A stretch of 64,000 bases of DNA, taken from contig JBGAOR010000013.1 in the NCBI GenBank assembly GCA_044221705.1, positions 2,529 to 66,528 on the forward strand, in the 5' to 3' direction. This document shows positions 1 through 10,834 of the stretch, piece after piece. A model generated the notes under the pieces. That model made no database searches, was not told the origin of the DNA, and was given only the letters and a program-made list of their open reading frames with translations. A program made the position numbers and the translations under genes. This DNA comes from Planctomycetota bacterium (GTDB lineage: Bacteria > Planctomycetota > UBA1135 > GCA-002686595). Position 1 is the first letter of the stretch. Each line of letters opens with the position of its first letter.

Positions 1-725
1 ACTCCCTCGTGCACGCCGCCCATCGCCGCGCTTCCCAGGACCAGCAGGACCGGGTCTGGCGCACGCTCGTCGAGCGGCAGATCGGCGCCGTCCGTGCCGG
101 GATGGCGCGCGAGTTCCTCCTCGGGCTGGAGCTGGCGCAGCTCGACCCGGCGCGGATGCCGCGTCACCGCGAGCTGTCGGCGAGGCTCGCGTCGCTGTGC
201 GGCTGGCGCATCGAGACGGTGCCGGGGCTGATCCCCGCGCGCGACTTCTTCGACCTGCTGCGCGACCGGCGCTTCCCCTCGCCGGAGTGGATCCGCCATC
301 CCGACGACCTCGAGTACACGCCGGCGCCCGACGCGTTCCACGATCTCTTCGGGCACGTGCCGCAGCTCGCCTCCGCGGAGTACTGCGCGATCCTCGAGGA
401 GCTGGCCGCGGCGGCGCGCGGCTCCAGCGACGCGGAGCTGCTCGAGATCGAGCGCGTCTACTGGTTCACGATCGAGTTCGGGCTCGTGCAGCAGGGCGCC
501 GAGGTGCGCGCGATGGGCGCGGGGCTCGCGTCGTCGATCGCCGAGCTCGACCGCGCGCTGCACGCGCCGCACGTGCGCCGCCGCCCGTTCCTGATCCACG
601 AGGCGCGCCACGAGCGCTTCGAGAGCGACCGGCCGCAGGAGCTGTACCTCGTGGCGCCGGGCCTCGCGCCGCTCTCGGCGTCGCTCTCCGCGCTGGGATC
701 CGCGAACCGGCGCCGCGCGGGCTGA
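1..725 (+). CDS. phhA: phenylalanine-4-hydroxylase (aromatic amino acid hydroxylase); 5' end lies outside the window
   Basis: The ORF 9..725 translation has the iron-site region [14 protein letters not shown] and [11 protein letters not shown], typical of bacterial PhhA. The frame is open to the window edge. Confidence 0.85.
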   Translation, partial: SLVHAAHRRASQDQQDRVWRTLVERQIGAVRAGMAREFLLGLELAQLDPARMPRHRELSARLASLCGWRIETVPGLIPARDFFDLLRDRRFPSPEWIRHPDDLEYTPAPDAFHDLFGHVPQLASAEYCAILEELAAAARGSSDAELLEIERVYWFTIEFGLVQQGAEVRAMGAGLASSIAELDRALHAPHVRRRPFLIHEARHERFESDRPQELYLVAPGLAPLSASLSALGSANRRRAG

Positions 726-799
726 CCGCGGCCCGTCCGCGGGACGGAAAACGCTTCCGTCTTCGGATCGCGAGGGTCGCGAGTCGATGCAGGGAGGTC

Positions 800-2863
800 A
801 TGGATCCCCTCTCCAAGCCCCGTTCCGACATCGACCAACTCGACCGCGAACTCGTCCGCATCCTCGCCGAGCGTCTCGACGCCGTGCGCGCGATCGGACA
901 GGCGAAGGGTCGCGATCCTTCCGCCCCGTTGCGCGACGAGGAGCGCGAGCGCGCGCTGTTCGCGGCGTGGGCGCGCACCGCGGAGGAGCAGGGCGTCTCG
1001 TCCTACTTCGCCGGCCGCGTGCTGCGCGAGATCCTGAACTGGTCGCGGCGGGACCAGGAGCGCTTCCTCGAGCCGGCCGCGAAGAACGGTCCGCGCGCGG
1101 TGCGCGTCGGGTACCAGGGCGTGCCGATGTCGTACAGCGACCTCGCGGCACAGAAGCACTTCGCCACGCGCGACGTCGGGCGGCTCGAGCGCATCGGGTA
1201 CCGCGGGTTCGCGGCCGTCTTCGACGCGCTGGAAGCGGGCGAGGTCGACTACGCACTGCTGCCGATCGAGAACACGATCGCGGGCAGCATCGACGAGGTG
1301 TACGACCTGCTCGGCTCGCGGCGCATGACGATCGTGGGCGAGGAGGTGTGGTCCGTCGAACACTGCCTGCTCGGCCTGCCCGGCGCGAGCACGGAGGAGC
1401 TGCGCGTCGTGCGCAGCCACCCGGTCGCGCTGCTGCAGTGCACGCGCTACCTGGAAGGCCTCGTCGGCGTGCGCTCGGAGAGCTTCCACGACACGGCCGG
1501 CGCGGCGGAAGCCGTCGCGCGCGACGGCGACCGGCACGTCGCGGCCATCGCGTCGGAGGAAGCGGGGCGCGAGTACGGGCTCGTGGTCCTGCGCCGCGAC
1601 ATCTCGAACCAGCCGGTCAACATCACGCGCTTCCTGCTGCTGGCGCGGAACCGGGAGACGTTCGACGCGCGCCGACCGGCGAAGACGTCGCTGTGCTTCT
1701 CGCTGAACCACCGTCACGGAGCGCTGCTCGAGTGCCTGATGGTGTTCGAGGCGCACGCGCTCAACCTGACGAAGCTCGAGAGCCGGCCGCGGCCCGAAGC
1801 GGCCTGGGAGTACCTCTTCTACGTCGACTTCGAGGGCCACGCCGACGAGCCGAACGCGGCGGCGGCGATCGAGGCGCTGCGGTCGCACACGAACCAGCTG
1901 CAGGTGCTGGGCAGCTATCCGCGGCGCGCGGAGGAGGGGCTCGAGCTCGCCGGCCGCGCGCGCGTGCCGGTCGCGGCGCCGTCCGCGCCCGCGACGGAGG
2001 TCCCGCCGCCGCCGAAGGTCGCCGCGTGCCCGGTCGAGAAGCCGAATCCCGCGCTGAAGCTCGTCACGCTGCGCAGCGGTCAGCCGCGCACGATCGTCGA
2101 CGTCAGCGGCGTGCCGGTCGGCGGCCAGCGCTTCGTGCTGATCCTCGGGCCGTGCGCCGTCGAGAACCGCGCGCAGGTGATGGAGGCGGCCGAGATGTGC
2201 AAGCGCGGCGGCGCGACGATCATGCGCGGCGGAGCCTTCAAGCCGCGCACCTCGCCCTACGCGTTCCAGGGTCTCGGGTTCGAGGGCCTCGAGTACCTGC
2301 GCGAGGCCGGCCGCGCGTTCGAGATGCCGATCGTCAGCGAGGTGCTGCACCCCGAGGACGTCGAGCGCATGGCCGAGAAGGCCGACATGCTGCAGATCGG
2401 CGCGCGCAACATGCAGAACTTCGCGCTGCTGAAGGAAGTCGGCCGCACGCGCCGCCCGGTGCTCCTGAAGCGCGGCATGAGCGCCACGATCGAGGAGCTC
2501 CTCCTGGCGGCCGAGTACATCCTGGCCGGCGGGAACCAGCGCGTGATCCTGTGCGAGCGCGGCATCCGCACGTTCGAGACGGCGACGCGCAACACGCTCG
2601 ACCTGTCGGCGATCCCGGTGCTGAAGGCGCGCACGCACCTGCCGGTCATCGTCGACCCGTCGCACGCGGCGGGACGGCGCGACCTCGTCGTGCCCTTGTC
2701 GCTGTCCGCGGCCGCGGTCGGCGCGGACGGGTTGATCGTCGAGTGCCACCCGAACCCGGCCGTGGCGCTGTGCGACAAGGACCAGGCGCTGAACGCAGAG
2801 GACGTCGCCGACCTCGTGGCGCGCCTGCGCCCGGTGGTCGCGGCGGTCGGTCGGACGCTGTAG
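800..2863 (+). CDS. pheA: fusion protein: chorismate mutase / prephenate dehydratase / ACT (P-protein) joined to a type I-beta DAHP synthase
   Basis: One uninterrupted frame, with AGGGAGG just upstream of ATG 800. Domains in order: CM ([18 protein letters not shown]), PDT ([15 protein letters not shown] ... NITRFLLL), ACT ([18 protein letters not shown] ... ESRP), a Pro/Ala linker (about 1926..2045), then DAHPS ([28 protein letters not shown]). Confidence 0.85.
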   Translation: MDPLSKPRSDIDQLDRELVRILAERLDAVRAIGQAKGRDPSAPLRDEERERALFAAWARTAEEQGVSSYFAGRVLREILNWSRRDQERFLEPAAKNGPRAVRVGYQGVPMSYSDLAAQKHFATRDVGRLERIGYRGFAAVFDALEAGEVDYALLPIENTIAGSIDEVYDLLGSRRMTIVGEEVWSVEHCLLGLPGASTEELRVVRSHPVALLQCTRYLEGLVGVRSESFHDTAGAAEAVARDGDRHVAAIASEEAGREYGLVVLRRDISNQPVNITRFLLLARNRETFDARRPAKTSLCFSLNHRHGALLECLMVFEAHALNLTKLESRPRPEAAWEYLFYVDFEGHADEPNAAAAIEALRSHTNQLQVLGSYPRRAEEGLELAGRARVPVAAPSAPATEVPPPPKVAACPVEKPNPALKLVTLRSGQPRTIVDVSGVPVGGQRFVLILGPCAVENRAQVMEAAEMCKRGGATIMRGGAFKPRTSPYAFQGLGFEGLEYLREAGRAFEMPIVSEVLHPEDVERMAEKADMLQIGARNMQNFALLKEVGRTRRPVLLKRGMSATIEELLLAAEYILAGGNQRVILCERGIRTFETATRNTLDLSAIPVLKARTHLPVIVDPSHAAGRRDLVVPLSLSAAAVGADGLIVECHPNPAVALCDKDQALNAEDVADLVARLRPVVAAVGRTL

Positions 2864-2904
2864 TCGCTTCGGTCGCGGGCGGGCCGCCGGTTAGCCTCGG
2901 CGGC

Positions 2905-3516
2905 ATGCCGAACGAGTACTCGCCCTGGCGACCGCATCCCTGGCACGGGCTCGAAGCCGGTCCGGACGTGCCGCGGCGCGTCTTCGCGTTCGTCGAGATC
3001 ACGCCGTTCGACGGCGTGAAGTACGAGGTCGACAAGCGCACCGGCTACCTCAAGGTCGACCGCCCGCAGGGTTCCTCGTCGCTGCCGCCGATGCCGTACG
3101 GGTTCGTGCCGCGCACGTACTGCGGACGGCGCGTGGGCGAGCTCATGCCCGGGACACGCGGCGGCGACGGCGATCCGCTCGACGTGTGCGTCCTGACCGA
3201 GCGGCCGATCTCGCGCTCGGAGATCCTGCTCGAGGCGCGCGTGGTCGGCGGCATCCCGATGCGCGACGCGGGGCTCGCCGACGACAAGATCGTGGCCGTT
3301 CTGCACAGCGACGAGCTGTATGCGCGCGTGCAGGAGCTCGCCGACGTGCCCGAGGTCATCCTGCGGCGGCTCGTGCACTACTTGCGCTACTACAAGGCGC
3401 TCCCGGGGCGAGACAATCCGGTGGTGCTCGGCGATCCGTACGACCGTCGGCACGCCGAGCACGTGATCGAGGCCGCGCTGGCCGACTACCGCGAGGGGTT
3501 CCCCCGCGCGGATTGA
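2905..3516 (+). CDS. ppa: inorganic pyrophosphatase (family I)
   Basis: The translation [17 protein letters not shown] ... [10 protein letters not shown] ... DDKIVAV matches the soluble PPase signature. ATG 2905 is in frame within the long ORF 787..3516. Confidence 0.9.
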   Translation: MPNEYSPWRPHPWHGLEAGPDVPRRVFAFVEITPFDGVKYEVDKRTGYLKVDRPQGSSSLPPMPYGFVPRTYCGRRVGELMPGTRGGDGDPLDVCVLTERPISRSEILLEARVVGGIPMRDAGLADDKIVAVLHSDELYARVQELADVPEVILRRLVHYLRYYKALPGRDNPVVLGDPYDRRHAEHVIEAALADYREGFPRAD

Positions 3517-3592
3517 ACGCGCCGGCCACCCGATGCCGCTTCCCTGCGCGGCCTCGTTCCCGTCCAATGCCCGCCCGTCCGCCGCGACGACC

Positions 3593-5188
3593 ATGCAGCC
3601 GACCCCGCGAATCGAACCCGGGCCGAGAGCGCGCCTCGCGACCGCGATGCTCGCGCTCTCCGGGGCGCTCGTCGCGCCGTCCGCCACGGCCTCGGGCGCG
3701 GCCTCGGGAACCGAACCGCGCGAGTTGCGCGGCGTGAGGATCGCGGCCGAGGACGAGTCCGTGTTCGCGAGCCGCGCGTCGATCGCGGAGGCGCTGGACT
3801 TCCTCGAGCGCCACCACGTGAACGTCGTGTTCCCGGACGTCTGGTACCGCGGCGTGACGCTGCACCCGAGCGCGCTGCTCGAGAAGACCTTCGGCGTGCG
3901 GCAGGACCCGCGCTACGCCGGACGCGATCCGCTGGCGGAGATGCTCGTCGAGGCGCACGTCCGCGGCATCGAGGTCGTCCCCTGGTTCGAGTACGGCTTC
4001 GCGGCCTCGAGCGCCGCGCACCCGACGAGGATCCTGGCGCAGAAGCCGGCCTGGGCCGCCGTCGGCCGCGACGGGAAGCCCGTCGAGAAGGACGGCTTCA
4101 CCTGGATGAACTCGCTCGACCCGGCCGTGCAGGAGTTCGTCGCCGGCCTGATGCTCGAGGTCGCGCGCAACTACGACGTCGACGGCGTGCAGTGCGACGA
4201 CCGTCTGCCGGCGCTGCCCGCGACCGGCGGCTACGACAAGGACACCGTGGAGCTGTGGCGCACCGAGAAGCGCCTTTCGGCGCCCGGCCCCGACGACGCG
4301 CGCTGGATCGCGTGGCGCGCCGGCCGGCTGACGGACTTCTTCGCGCGGCTGGCGAAGGACGTGCGCGTCACCGCGCCGGGCGTCCTGCTCTCCGCGAGCC
4401 CGGCCCCCTACCCCGCGGGCCTGGAGGAGTACCTGCAGGACTCGAAGGCCTGGCTCGCGCGCGGCCTCGTCGACCTGTTCCATCCGCTGTGCTTCCGCCG
4501 CGACGTGGTCGAGTACCAGGCGCTGGCCGACGAACAGCGCGAGTTGCTCCTGCCGAACTCGCGCGTCGTCTACGCCCCCGGGATCCTGATCGAATCGGGG
4601 GCCTGGCGCGTCGACGCGCAGAGCCTCGTCCTCATGCTCGAGCACGGTCGTGACCGCGGCTACGGCGGCGAGGTCCTCTGCGGGTACGCCGGACTGCGCG
4701 CCGACGACGGCGCGCTGGCGCGGGCGTTGCTCGCGGGACCGTACGAGCAGGAGGCCCGCGTCCCGCACCGGGCTCTGCAGTGGCGGCCGAAGGCCCACGA
4801 GGTCGCCCCGCGCCCGCTGCCCGGACCCGAGGCCTGGACCCGCGAGGACGGCCACGTGCGCATGCTGAACGCCGGCCGCACGGAGGTGTCCTACCCGCTC
4901 GCGCCGCCGGTCGCGGGCTGGTTCCAGGTCCTGCTCGAGGTCCCGGACGCGGCCGGGACGACCAAGGACGTCGAGCGCACGTTCGCCGGCAGCGAAGCCC
5001 CCGCGGTGCGCGTCGCGCTCGCGCCCGGCCTCGTCGAACTCGGGACCATGAAGCTCGAGGGCCCGCGCGGACGCGTCGAACTGCGCATCGCGACCGCGCC
5101 CGACGAGACGGGGCGTCTGGCCGTCGGCCACGTGCTGCTCGCGCTCGATCGCCGGCGGTCGCCGGACGTGGTCTGGCGCGAGAACTAG
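3593..5188 (+). CDS. secreted glycoside hydrolase-like protein (GHL10 / DUF187, YngK-like)
   Basis: Signal-peptide-like N-terminus (RARLATAMLALSGALVAPSATA). Motifs VFPDVWYRG, IEVVPWFEYGF and YDVDGVQCDDRL are typical of the GHL10 TIM-barrel family. An alternative start lies at 3533. Confidence 0.75.
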   Translation: MQPTPRIEPGPRARLATAMLALSGALVAPSATASGAASGTEPRELRGVRIAAEDESVFASRASIAEALDFLERHHVNVVFPDVWYRGVTLHPSALLEKTFGVRQDPRYAGRDPLAEMLVEAHVRGIEVVPWFEYGFAASSAAHPTRILAQKPAWAAVGRDGKPVEKDGFTWMNSLDPAVQEFVAGLMLEVARNYDVDGVQCDDRLPALPATGGYDKDTVELWRTEKRLSAPGPDDARWIAWRAGRLTDFFARLAKDVRVTAPGVLLSASPAPYPAGLEEYLQDSKAWLARGLVDLFHPLCFRRDVVEYQALADEQRELLLPNSRVVYAPGILIESGAWRVDAQSLVLMLEHGRDRGYGGEVLCGYAGLRADDGALARALLAGPYEQEARVPHRALQWRPKAHEVAPRPLPGPEAWTREDGHVRMLNAGRTEVSYPLAPPVAGWFQVLLEVPDAAGTTKDVERTFAGSEAPAVRVALAPGLVELGTMKLEGPRGRVELRIATAPDETGRLAVGHVLLALDRRRSPDVVWREN

Positions 5189-5207
5189 CTCTGCGATCCG
5201 CGCGTGC

Positions 5208-6101
5208 TCACAGCTGCGTCGCGAGCCATTCGCGGTAGCGCCGGTGCAGCGCGTGCGCCGAGTTGGACGTCGAGTTCGGCGAGAGGAAGTGGCTGTACTC
5301 GAACGTGACGAGCTTGTCGACGCGGGCCGCGAGCGTGCTCTCCATCTTGTAGCGCAGCTTGGGCCACGCGATCGGCGCGTACCTCGGCTGCACGTCGCGG
5401 TCGAAGCTCTCGACGTTGGACCAGCTGGTGATGCCGTGCCGGCGCGCCAGCTCGGCGTTCGCGGCCAGGTGTTCGGGCAGCTCGGCGAAGGGCACTTCCC
5501 CGTCGTGGAAGAGCACGACGTCCGCGCGGCCCTCGAGGCGCGCGTGGACCTGGCTCCACTCCGCGCGGCGCCGCTCGAACGTCGTCGGCTCCGGCGTGCG
5601 CTTCGAGCCGACCAGCCGCGGAGACACGAGGATCGGCAGGCCCGAGATGGCGCGCAGGTGGCCGCTGAGCTCCTCGTGCGCGCGCATCACTCCGTCGTCG
5701 AACGCGTCGATCTCCTGGCTCAGGTACCAGCCGCGGAACGCGGCGGACCTGCCGTAGCGCTCCCACACCTCGTCCACGAAGGCGCGGTTCAGGTCGGATT
5801 CCTTCTGGTGCCCGCCGTGCACGCCGGAGTCGTACGTGCCGAACCACAGCGCGATGCCGTGCTCCGCCGCGAGGCCCAGGAAGAGCGCCACCAGGTCCTC
5901 CTGCACGATCAGGTGCGGGTGCACCTTGCGCAGGACCCGCGAGTCGAACGTCGCGCGATCCTTGTAGCCGCCGCGGATCAGCACGACCGTGTCGATGCCG
6001 TCGGCCTTCATCGAGGCGAAGTCGCGGCGCCATTCCTCGTGGCCCCAGTTCGCGGAGGCGACGTCGTGCGAGATCTCGTCCAGGAACGTGCCGGTGATCA
6101 T
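5208..6101 (-). CDS. DUF4434-like glycoside-hydrolase-like TIM-barrel protein
   Basis: The translation starts MITGTFLDEISHDVASANWGHEEWRRDFASMKADGIDTVVLIRGG, which resembles DUF4434. Its ATG overlaps the stop of the upstream GH38 gene (ATGA at 6098..6101). Confidence 0.8.
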   Translation of the reverse strand: MITGTFLDEISHDVASANWGHEEWRRDFASMKADGIDTVVLIRGGYKDRATFDSRVLRKVHPHLIVQEDLVALFLGLAAEHGIALWFGTYDSGVHGGHQKESDLNRAFVDEVWERYGRSAAFRGWYLSQEIDAFDDGVMRAHEELSGHLRAISGLPILVSPRLVGSKRTPEPTTFERRRAEWSQVHARLEGRADVVLFHDGEVPFAELPEHLAANAELARRHGITSWSNVESFDRDVQPRYAPIAWPKLRYKMESTLAARVDKLVTFEYSHFLSPNSTSNSAHALHRRYREWLATQL

Positions 6102-8851
6102 GGGTTCGCCTCGAAGTGGAACGCGATCGTCTGGATGGCCGCGGGGCCGAGCTCCAGGCGCGCGATCGTACCGGTCAGGTCGACGGGACCCACATCGGCG
6201 CCGTCGAGCCGCACACGGCGCGCGGACTTCGGCGGCCGCGGACCGGCCAGGTCCGGGCCGAGCTGCAGCGTCGCGCGCACGGGTTCCGCCGCGCGGTTCC
6301 AGACGCGCACCACGACGCGCCCGTCGGCCTCGACGCGCAGCGCCGAGAGCGCGACGCGCGGGTCGTCGCAGCGCAGGAACGAGCGCCGCGCCGAGATGCG
6401 CTCCGAACCGCCGCGCTCGTAGGCGCCGAGCCACACCTGCTCCGCGAGCGGCGGGTGCGCGAACGTCGCCGCCCGCGCGGCGACCTGCGCCGGCGTCTCG
6501 GATCCGGGGACGACCTCCCACGCCGAGCGCACGACGAGCCCGATCGGCGGCCGCTGCGCGTCGGGCGTCGCGAGCCCCGGCCCGGCCGGGACGCGGCGGA
6601 TGCGCCCGCCCTCGCGCGAGATCGCGCCGACGCCGCGCCACAGGGTGAGCGCCAGGAACGTCCCGCGCGCGTTGGAACCGGCCGGCGCGTCGACGATCTC
6701 GTGCTCGTGCAGCCCACGGTGCGCGACGAGGACGGCCGCATCCGGATCGGCGGCGTGCACGAAGGTCCCCGAGAACTGCGTCGCGTACGGCAGCTCGCCC
6801 GGACTCGCCTTCCAGCGTTCGGGCGCGTGCTCGGGCGTCGTCTCGGCGACGCGCTCGCGCTGCACGAGCGCGAAGGCCTGGTCGGAGGTCAGCGACTTCG
6901 TGCCCGGCGGCAGCGGGAGCAGCACGCGCACGCGGTGGTCCACGAGCTCGGCGTCGAGCATCGTCTCGAACTCGAGCCGCGACGAGCCGTCCTCGAGCCG
7001 CACGATGGTCTCGATGCGCAGCGAGAGGCGCTCGCGCTCCTTCGGCTCGATCCAGGGCAGCTTCCACGCGATCGACAGCGACATGTGCGCGGCGGTCGCG
7101 CTGCGCCAGGCCTGGACCTTCGCGACGCCCTTCCCGGTCGACCACGCCGGATCCGTGTCGGGGTCCGGACCGAAGCTGTTCAGGTCGCCGCGGTCGGAGC
7201 GCGACTCGTACGTCAGCGCGCCGTCGAAACGCTTCGACGTCGGCTTGTGCAGGATCGAGAGGCTGCCGTCGTGCCGCGCCTCGACGCGCAGGTTCTCGTT
7301 CTCGATCGAGCCGCCGGCGACGACGTCGTCGAAGCCCTGCGGCCCGGGCGCGCCGCGCACGAGCTGGTAGAACGCGATGCCGCAGCCGGGGAGCTTGGCC
7401 GCGAACTCGACCGAGAGCAGCGCGCCGCGCCGGTGCTCGAGGTGGCGGGCCGTCACCGCGTCGGGGTCGATCGACTCGACGTGGACGCGCACGGGCTTGC
7501 CGTCGGGATCGATCAACGCGAGCGCGTCGAGGTCGTCGTCCGACAGCGCGCTGGGCCAGTGCACGATGCACGCGATCGTGCCGTTCCAGGCCTCGAAGTG
7601 CGGGTTGTGGACCGCCAGCACCTCGACGCCGTCCTTGCGCGTGAACCCGGTCCGCAGCGCCAGCGCGCGCAGCGAGTCGTCGACGACCGCGGTCGCGGCG
7701 AGGCGCGCCTGGCGCAGGTGGAAGCGGCCGTCCTCCTGCGCGAGGTCGACGGCCGTGCCGCGCACCACGTCGCGGCTCTGCGCCAGGAGCAGGTCGCGCA
7801 ACGCGCGGTCGAGCCGCGCGGCGTGCTCGCGCCCGGCGCGGGAGCCCAGCGCGGCGGCCAGCGGCTCGGCGTGCTTCTCGAGGAGCCCCTGCACCTCGTG
7901 GTTCTCGACCTTCGCGTCGATGCGCGCGGACCACGCGCCCGAAAGGATCGGCTGGTGCGCGTTGCCGAGCAGCTCGCCGCGGTGGATGGTGAAGTCCTTG
8001 CGCGACGCCGCGATCGCATCGACGGCCGCGGAGATCGTCGAGTGGGCCAGCTCCACGCGCGGGAACTCGCTGCGCGCGCCCGCCAGCATCTCGGGGAGCT
8101 CGCGCTGCGGCATGAGGTGGTCGCCGCCGTTCCAGAGGAGCAGGACGCCCGAGCGCGCGTGCCCCTTGAGCTGGTCGACGGCCTCCTTGAGACGCTGCGC
8201 CGCGAGCGCGACCTCGGGCGCGCGGCCGCGGAAGTCGCCCCAGCGCGCGGGGTGTCCGAGCGCCGCCGCGTTGTCGCACCCGCCGCGCAGGTGGAGCCCG
8301 AGCACGCGCGTGCCGTCGGGAGCTTCCCAGGCGAACTCGACGCCGGCGCGCGCGAGGAGTTCCTCCGTGGCGCCGCGCACGAACAGGAACGAGCGCAGCC
8401 CGAAGCCGGCCAGGATCTGCGGCATCTGCAGCGGGTGACCGCAGCCGTCGGGCATGTACGCGTCGCGGCACGCGCCGCCGAACGCGAGGACGGTCGCGAG
8501 GCCGAGCTGGAGGTTGCGCACGAGCGACTCGCCGCTGACGAGGAACGCGTCGGTCGGCACGAAGCAGGGCCCGATCGCGAGGCGCCCCGTCGCGACGTGG
8601 GCCGCGATCTCGGACCGCCGCTCGGGCCGGATCTCGAGGTAGTCCTCGAGCAGCGCGGTCTGGCCGTCGAGCGCGAACGCGGCGAAGCGCGGATCGTCGC
8701 GCAGGATCGCGAGGACCTCGTCGACCAATCGCGCCAGCTGGAAGCGGTAGGCCTCGAACGGCTGGTGCGACGCACGCTCCCAGCGGGTGTGGGACAGGAC
8801 GAACGCTCGCAGCGCGGTCGGGCTCTTCGGCGCGCTGGCGGGTCCGCTCAT
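6098..8851 (-). CDS. glycoside hydrolase family 38-like protein (alpha-mannosidase / mannosylglycerate hydrolase type)
   Basis: 917 aa with GH38-like N-terminal and central regions (AFVLSHTRWER, ALDGQTALLEDYLEIRPE, GPCFVPTDAFLVSGESLVRNL). The N-terminal metal motif deviates from the canonical HxHxDxxW. Start taken at ATG 8851 (MSGPASAPK). Confidence 0.75.
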   Translation of the reverse strand: MSGPASAPKSPTALRAFVLSHTRWERASHQPFEAYRFQLARLVDEVLAILRDDPRFAAFALDGQTALLEDYLEIRPERRSEIAAHVATGRLAIGPCFVPTDAFLVSGESLVRNLQLGLATVLAFGGACRDAYMPDGCGHPLQMPQILAGFGLRSFLFVRGATEELLARAGVEFAWEAPDGTRVLGLHLRGGCDNAAALGHPARWGDFRGRAPEVALAAQRLKEAVDQLKGHARSGVLLLWNGGDHLMPQRELPEMLAGARSEFPRVELAHSTISAAVDAIAASRKDFTIHRGELLGNAHQPILSGAWSARIDAKVENHEVQGLLEKHAEPLAAALGSRAGREHAARLDRALRDLLLAQSRDVVRGTAVDLAQEDGRFHLRQARLAATAVVDDSLRALALRTGFTRKDGVEVLAVHNPHFEAWNGTIACIVHWPSALSDDDLDALALIDPDGKPVRVHVESIDPDAVTARHLEHRRGALLSVEFAAKLPGCGIAFYQLVRGAPGPQGFDDVVAGGSIENENLRVEARHDGSLSILHKPTSKRFDGALTYESRSDRGDLNSFGPDPDTDPAWSTGKGVAKVQAWRSATAAHMSLSIAWKLPWIEPKERERLSLRIETIVRLEDGSSRLEFETMLDAELVDHRVRVLLPLPPGTKSLTSDQAFALVQRERVAETTPEHAPERWKASPGELPYATQFSGTFVHAADPDAAVLVAHRGLHEHEIVDAPAGSNARGTFLALTLWRGVGAISREGGRIRRVPAGPGLATPDAQRPPIGLVVRSAWEVVPGSETPAQVAARAATFAHPPLAEQVWLGAYERGGSERISARRSFLRCDDPRVALSALRVEADGRVVVRVWNRAAEPVRATLQLGPDLAGPRPPKSARRVRLDGADVGPVDLTGTIARLELGPAAIQTIAFHFEANP

Positions 8852-8891
8852 GGGGCGGAGAGGATAGCGGCGGCCGCGCGCGGCGCCGCGC

Positions 8892-9890
8892 TCAACTCGC
8901 AGCCGAAGCCGCGGCGACGGCCGCAGCCGTGCGCTGCGCCGCGAGGATCGCCACGATCCGCGTGATCGCACTGGCCTCCGCCTGCGGGCCCTTCCCGGCC
9001 GCGCCGCGCGAGAGCTCGATCTGCGCCGTGCCCGCCGCGAGCGCGAAGCTCGTCGTCTTGCCGGGCTTCGGGGTGAGCGCGGCGATGCGCGCGCGGTGCT
9101 CGGCGACGACGCTCACGACCTTCGCGGCCGGTTCCGGCGCGAAGCACAGGAGCGCGATCTCGTCGTAGTCGGCCGTGCCCATCCACAGGCCCGAGTCCTT
9201 GAACGCGGTGTAGAGCGCGTGGAAGCGCGCGCACAGCGCCCCGGCCGGATCGCCCTGCAGGAACAGGACGAGCGCGGCCGTCTGCAGTTCGTCGTTGCGG
9301 CCGAACCCGCGCGCGTGGAGCCCCTGGAAGATCTCCTCGACGCGGCGCGCGATGGCCTCCGGTTCGCCCGGCGCCTGCGCGAGCAGCGCGCACAGCGGCC
9401 AGTCCGACTTCTGCGTGAGGATCGGATGGTCCTTCTTCAGCGCGTCCCAGATGCGCCCGAGCCGCGCGACCTGATCCGCGCCGACGCGGCCGTCGGGCGA
9501 GCTCTCCAGCAGGGCGAGGATCGCCAGGACCTCCTCGGTGCCGCCGGAGAAGCGCCAGCGTTCGCGGAACAGGGCCGTCGCACGCTCGACCTCGGCCTGC
9601 ATCGCCGCGACGCTCGTGCCCGTGCGCAGGAGCCAGGCCGCGAGCAGCACGCCCACGCTCGATCGCCTGTACCAGGGCTGCGAACGCCTCAACTCCTCCG
9701 CGGTCGCCGTGAGGCGCCGGGCCAGCTCGCGCGGATCGCCCGGGATCGTCACGAGCGCCAGCGCCGAATGCCGCAGCAGGTCCGCGGACTCCAACCAGCC
9801 CCGGCCGACCTCGAGCTCGGCGTAGATCTCGGCGAAACGTCCGACCGGATCGGCCGGCGCGTGGGTGTTCGCGGCGTTCATCGTGTGCAT
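8892..9890 (-). CDS. hypothetical protein (possibly DUF4003-like)
   Basis: 332-aa ORF with strong GC3 and non-artefactual composition. It sits 10 nt downstream of the TerC gene and 40 nt upstream of the GH38 gene on the same strand. I am not confident of any family assignment. Confidence 0.6.
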   Translation of the reverse strand: MHTMNAANTHAPADPVGRFAEIYAELEVGRGWLESADLLRHSALALVTIPGDPRELARRLTATAEELRRSQPWYRRSSVGVLLAAWLLRTGTSVAAMQAEVERATALFRERWRFSGGTEEVLAILALLESSPDGRVGADQVARLGRIWDALKKDHPILTQKSDWPLCALLAQAPGEPEAIARRVEEIFQGLHARGFGRNDELQTAALVLFLQGDPAGALCARFHALYTAFKDSGLWMGTADYDEIALLCFAPEPAAKVVSVVAEHRARIAALTPKPGKTTSFALAAGTAQIELSRGAAGKGPQAEASAITRIVAILAAQRTAAAVAAASAAS

Positions 9891-9899
9891 CCTCGGGCC

Positions 9900-10658
<759 letters not shown>

Positions 10659-10834
10659 GCGTATGGACTCGGTGGGGACGAGAGAGCGCGGGATGTTAGC
10701 GCCCGCGAACGGCGCCGAGGCGAGACCACGACGATTCCGCTCGCGCGATCTCGGCAACCCGGGGAGCCGTCGGGAGCCCGCCGTTCGCAGCGGCCCCGAG
10801 CGCAGTCACGGGAATCCGGCGTCGATCGGTCGGA

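Noticed and set aside
458-2749. 763-aa ORF antisense to the pheA-DAHPS fusion, plus other overlapping frames such as 787..3516 upstream of 2905 and 466..978
   Set aside because: The translation is dominated by Arg, Ala, Asp and Gly with no recognisable family. The opposite strand encodes clearly homologous enzymes. Long antisense ORFs are expected at about 70% GC.
6116-8965. 949-aa plus-strand ORF, and the 1087-aa minus-strand ORF 5208..8471 upstream of 6101
   Set aside because: They are antisense or off-frame to the GH38-like gene. The composition is Arg/Ala/Pro-rich, and only the last 297 aa of the 5208..8471 frame (from ATG 6101) look like a real protein.
10659-10834. Possible yybP-ykoY (manganese) riboswitch upstream of the TerC gene
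   Set aside because: I read the minus-strand leader. A hairpin is present (CGAGAUC ... GGUCUCG), but I could not find the conserved GGGGAGUAG and CUUGACA-type cores. An Rfam scan would be decisive.
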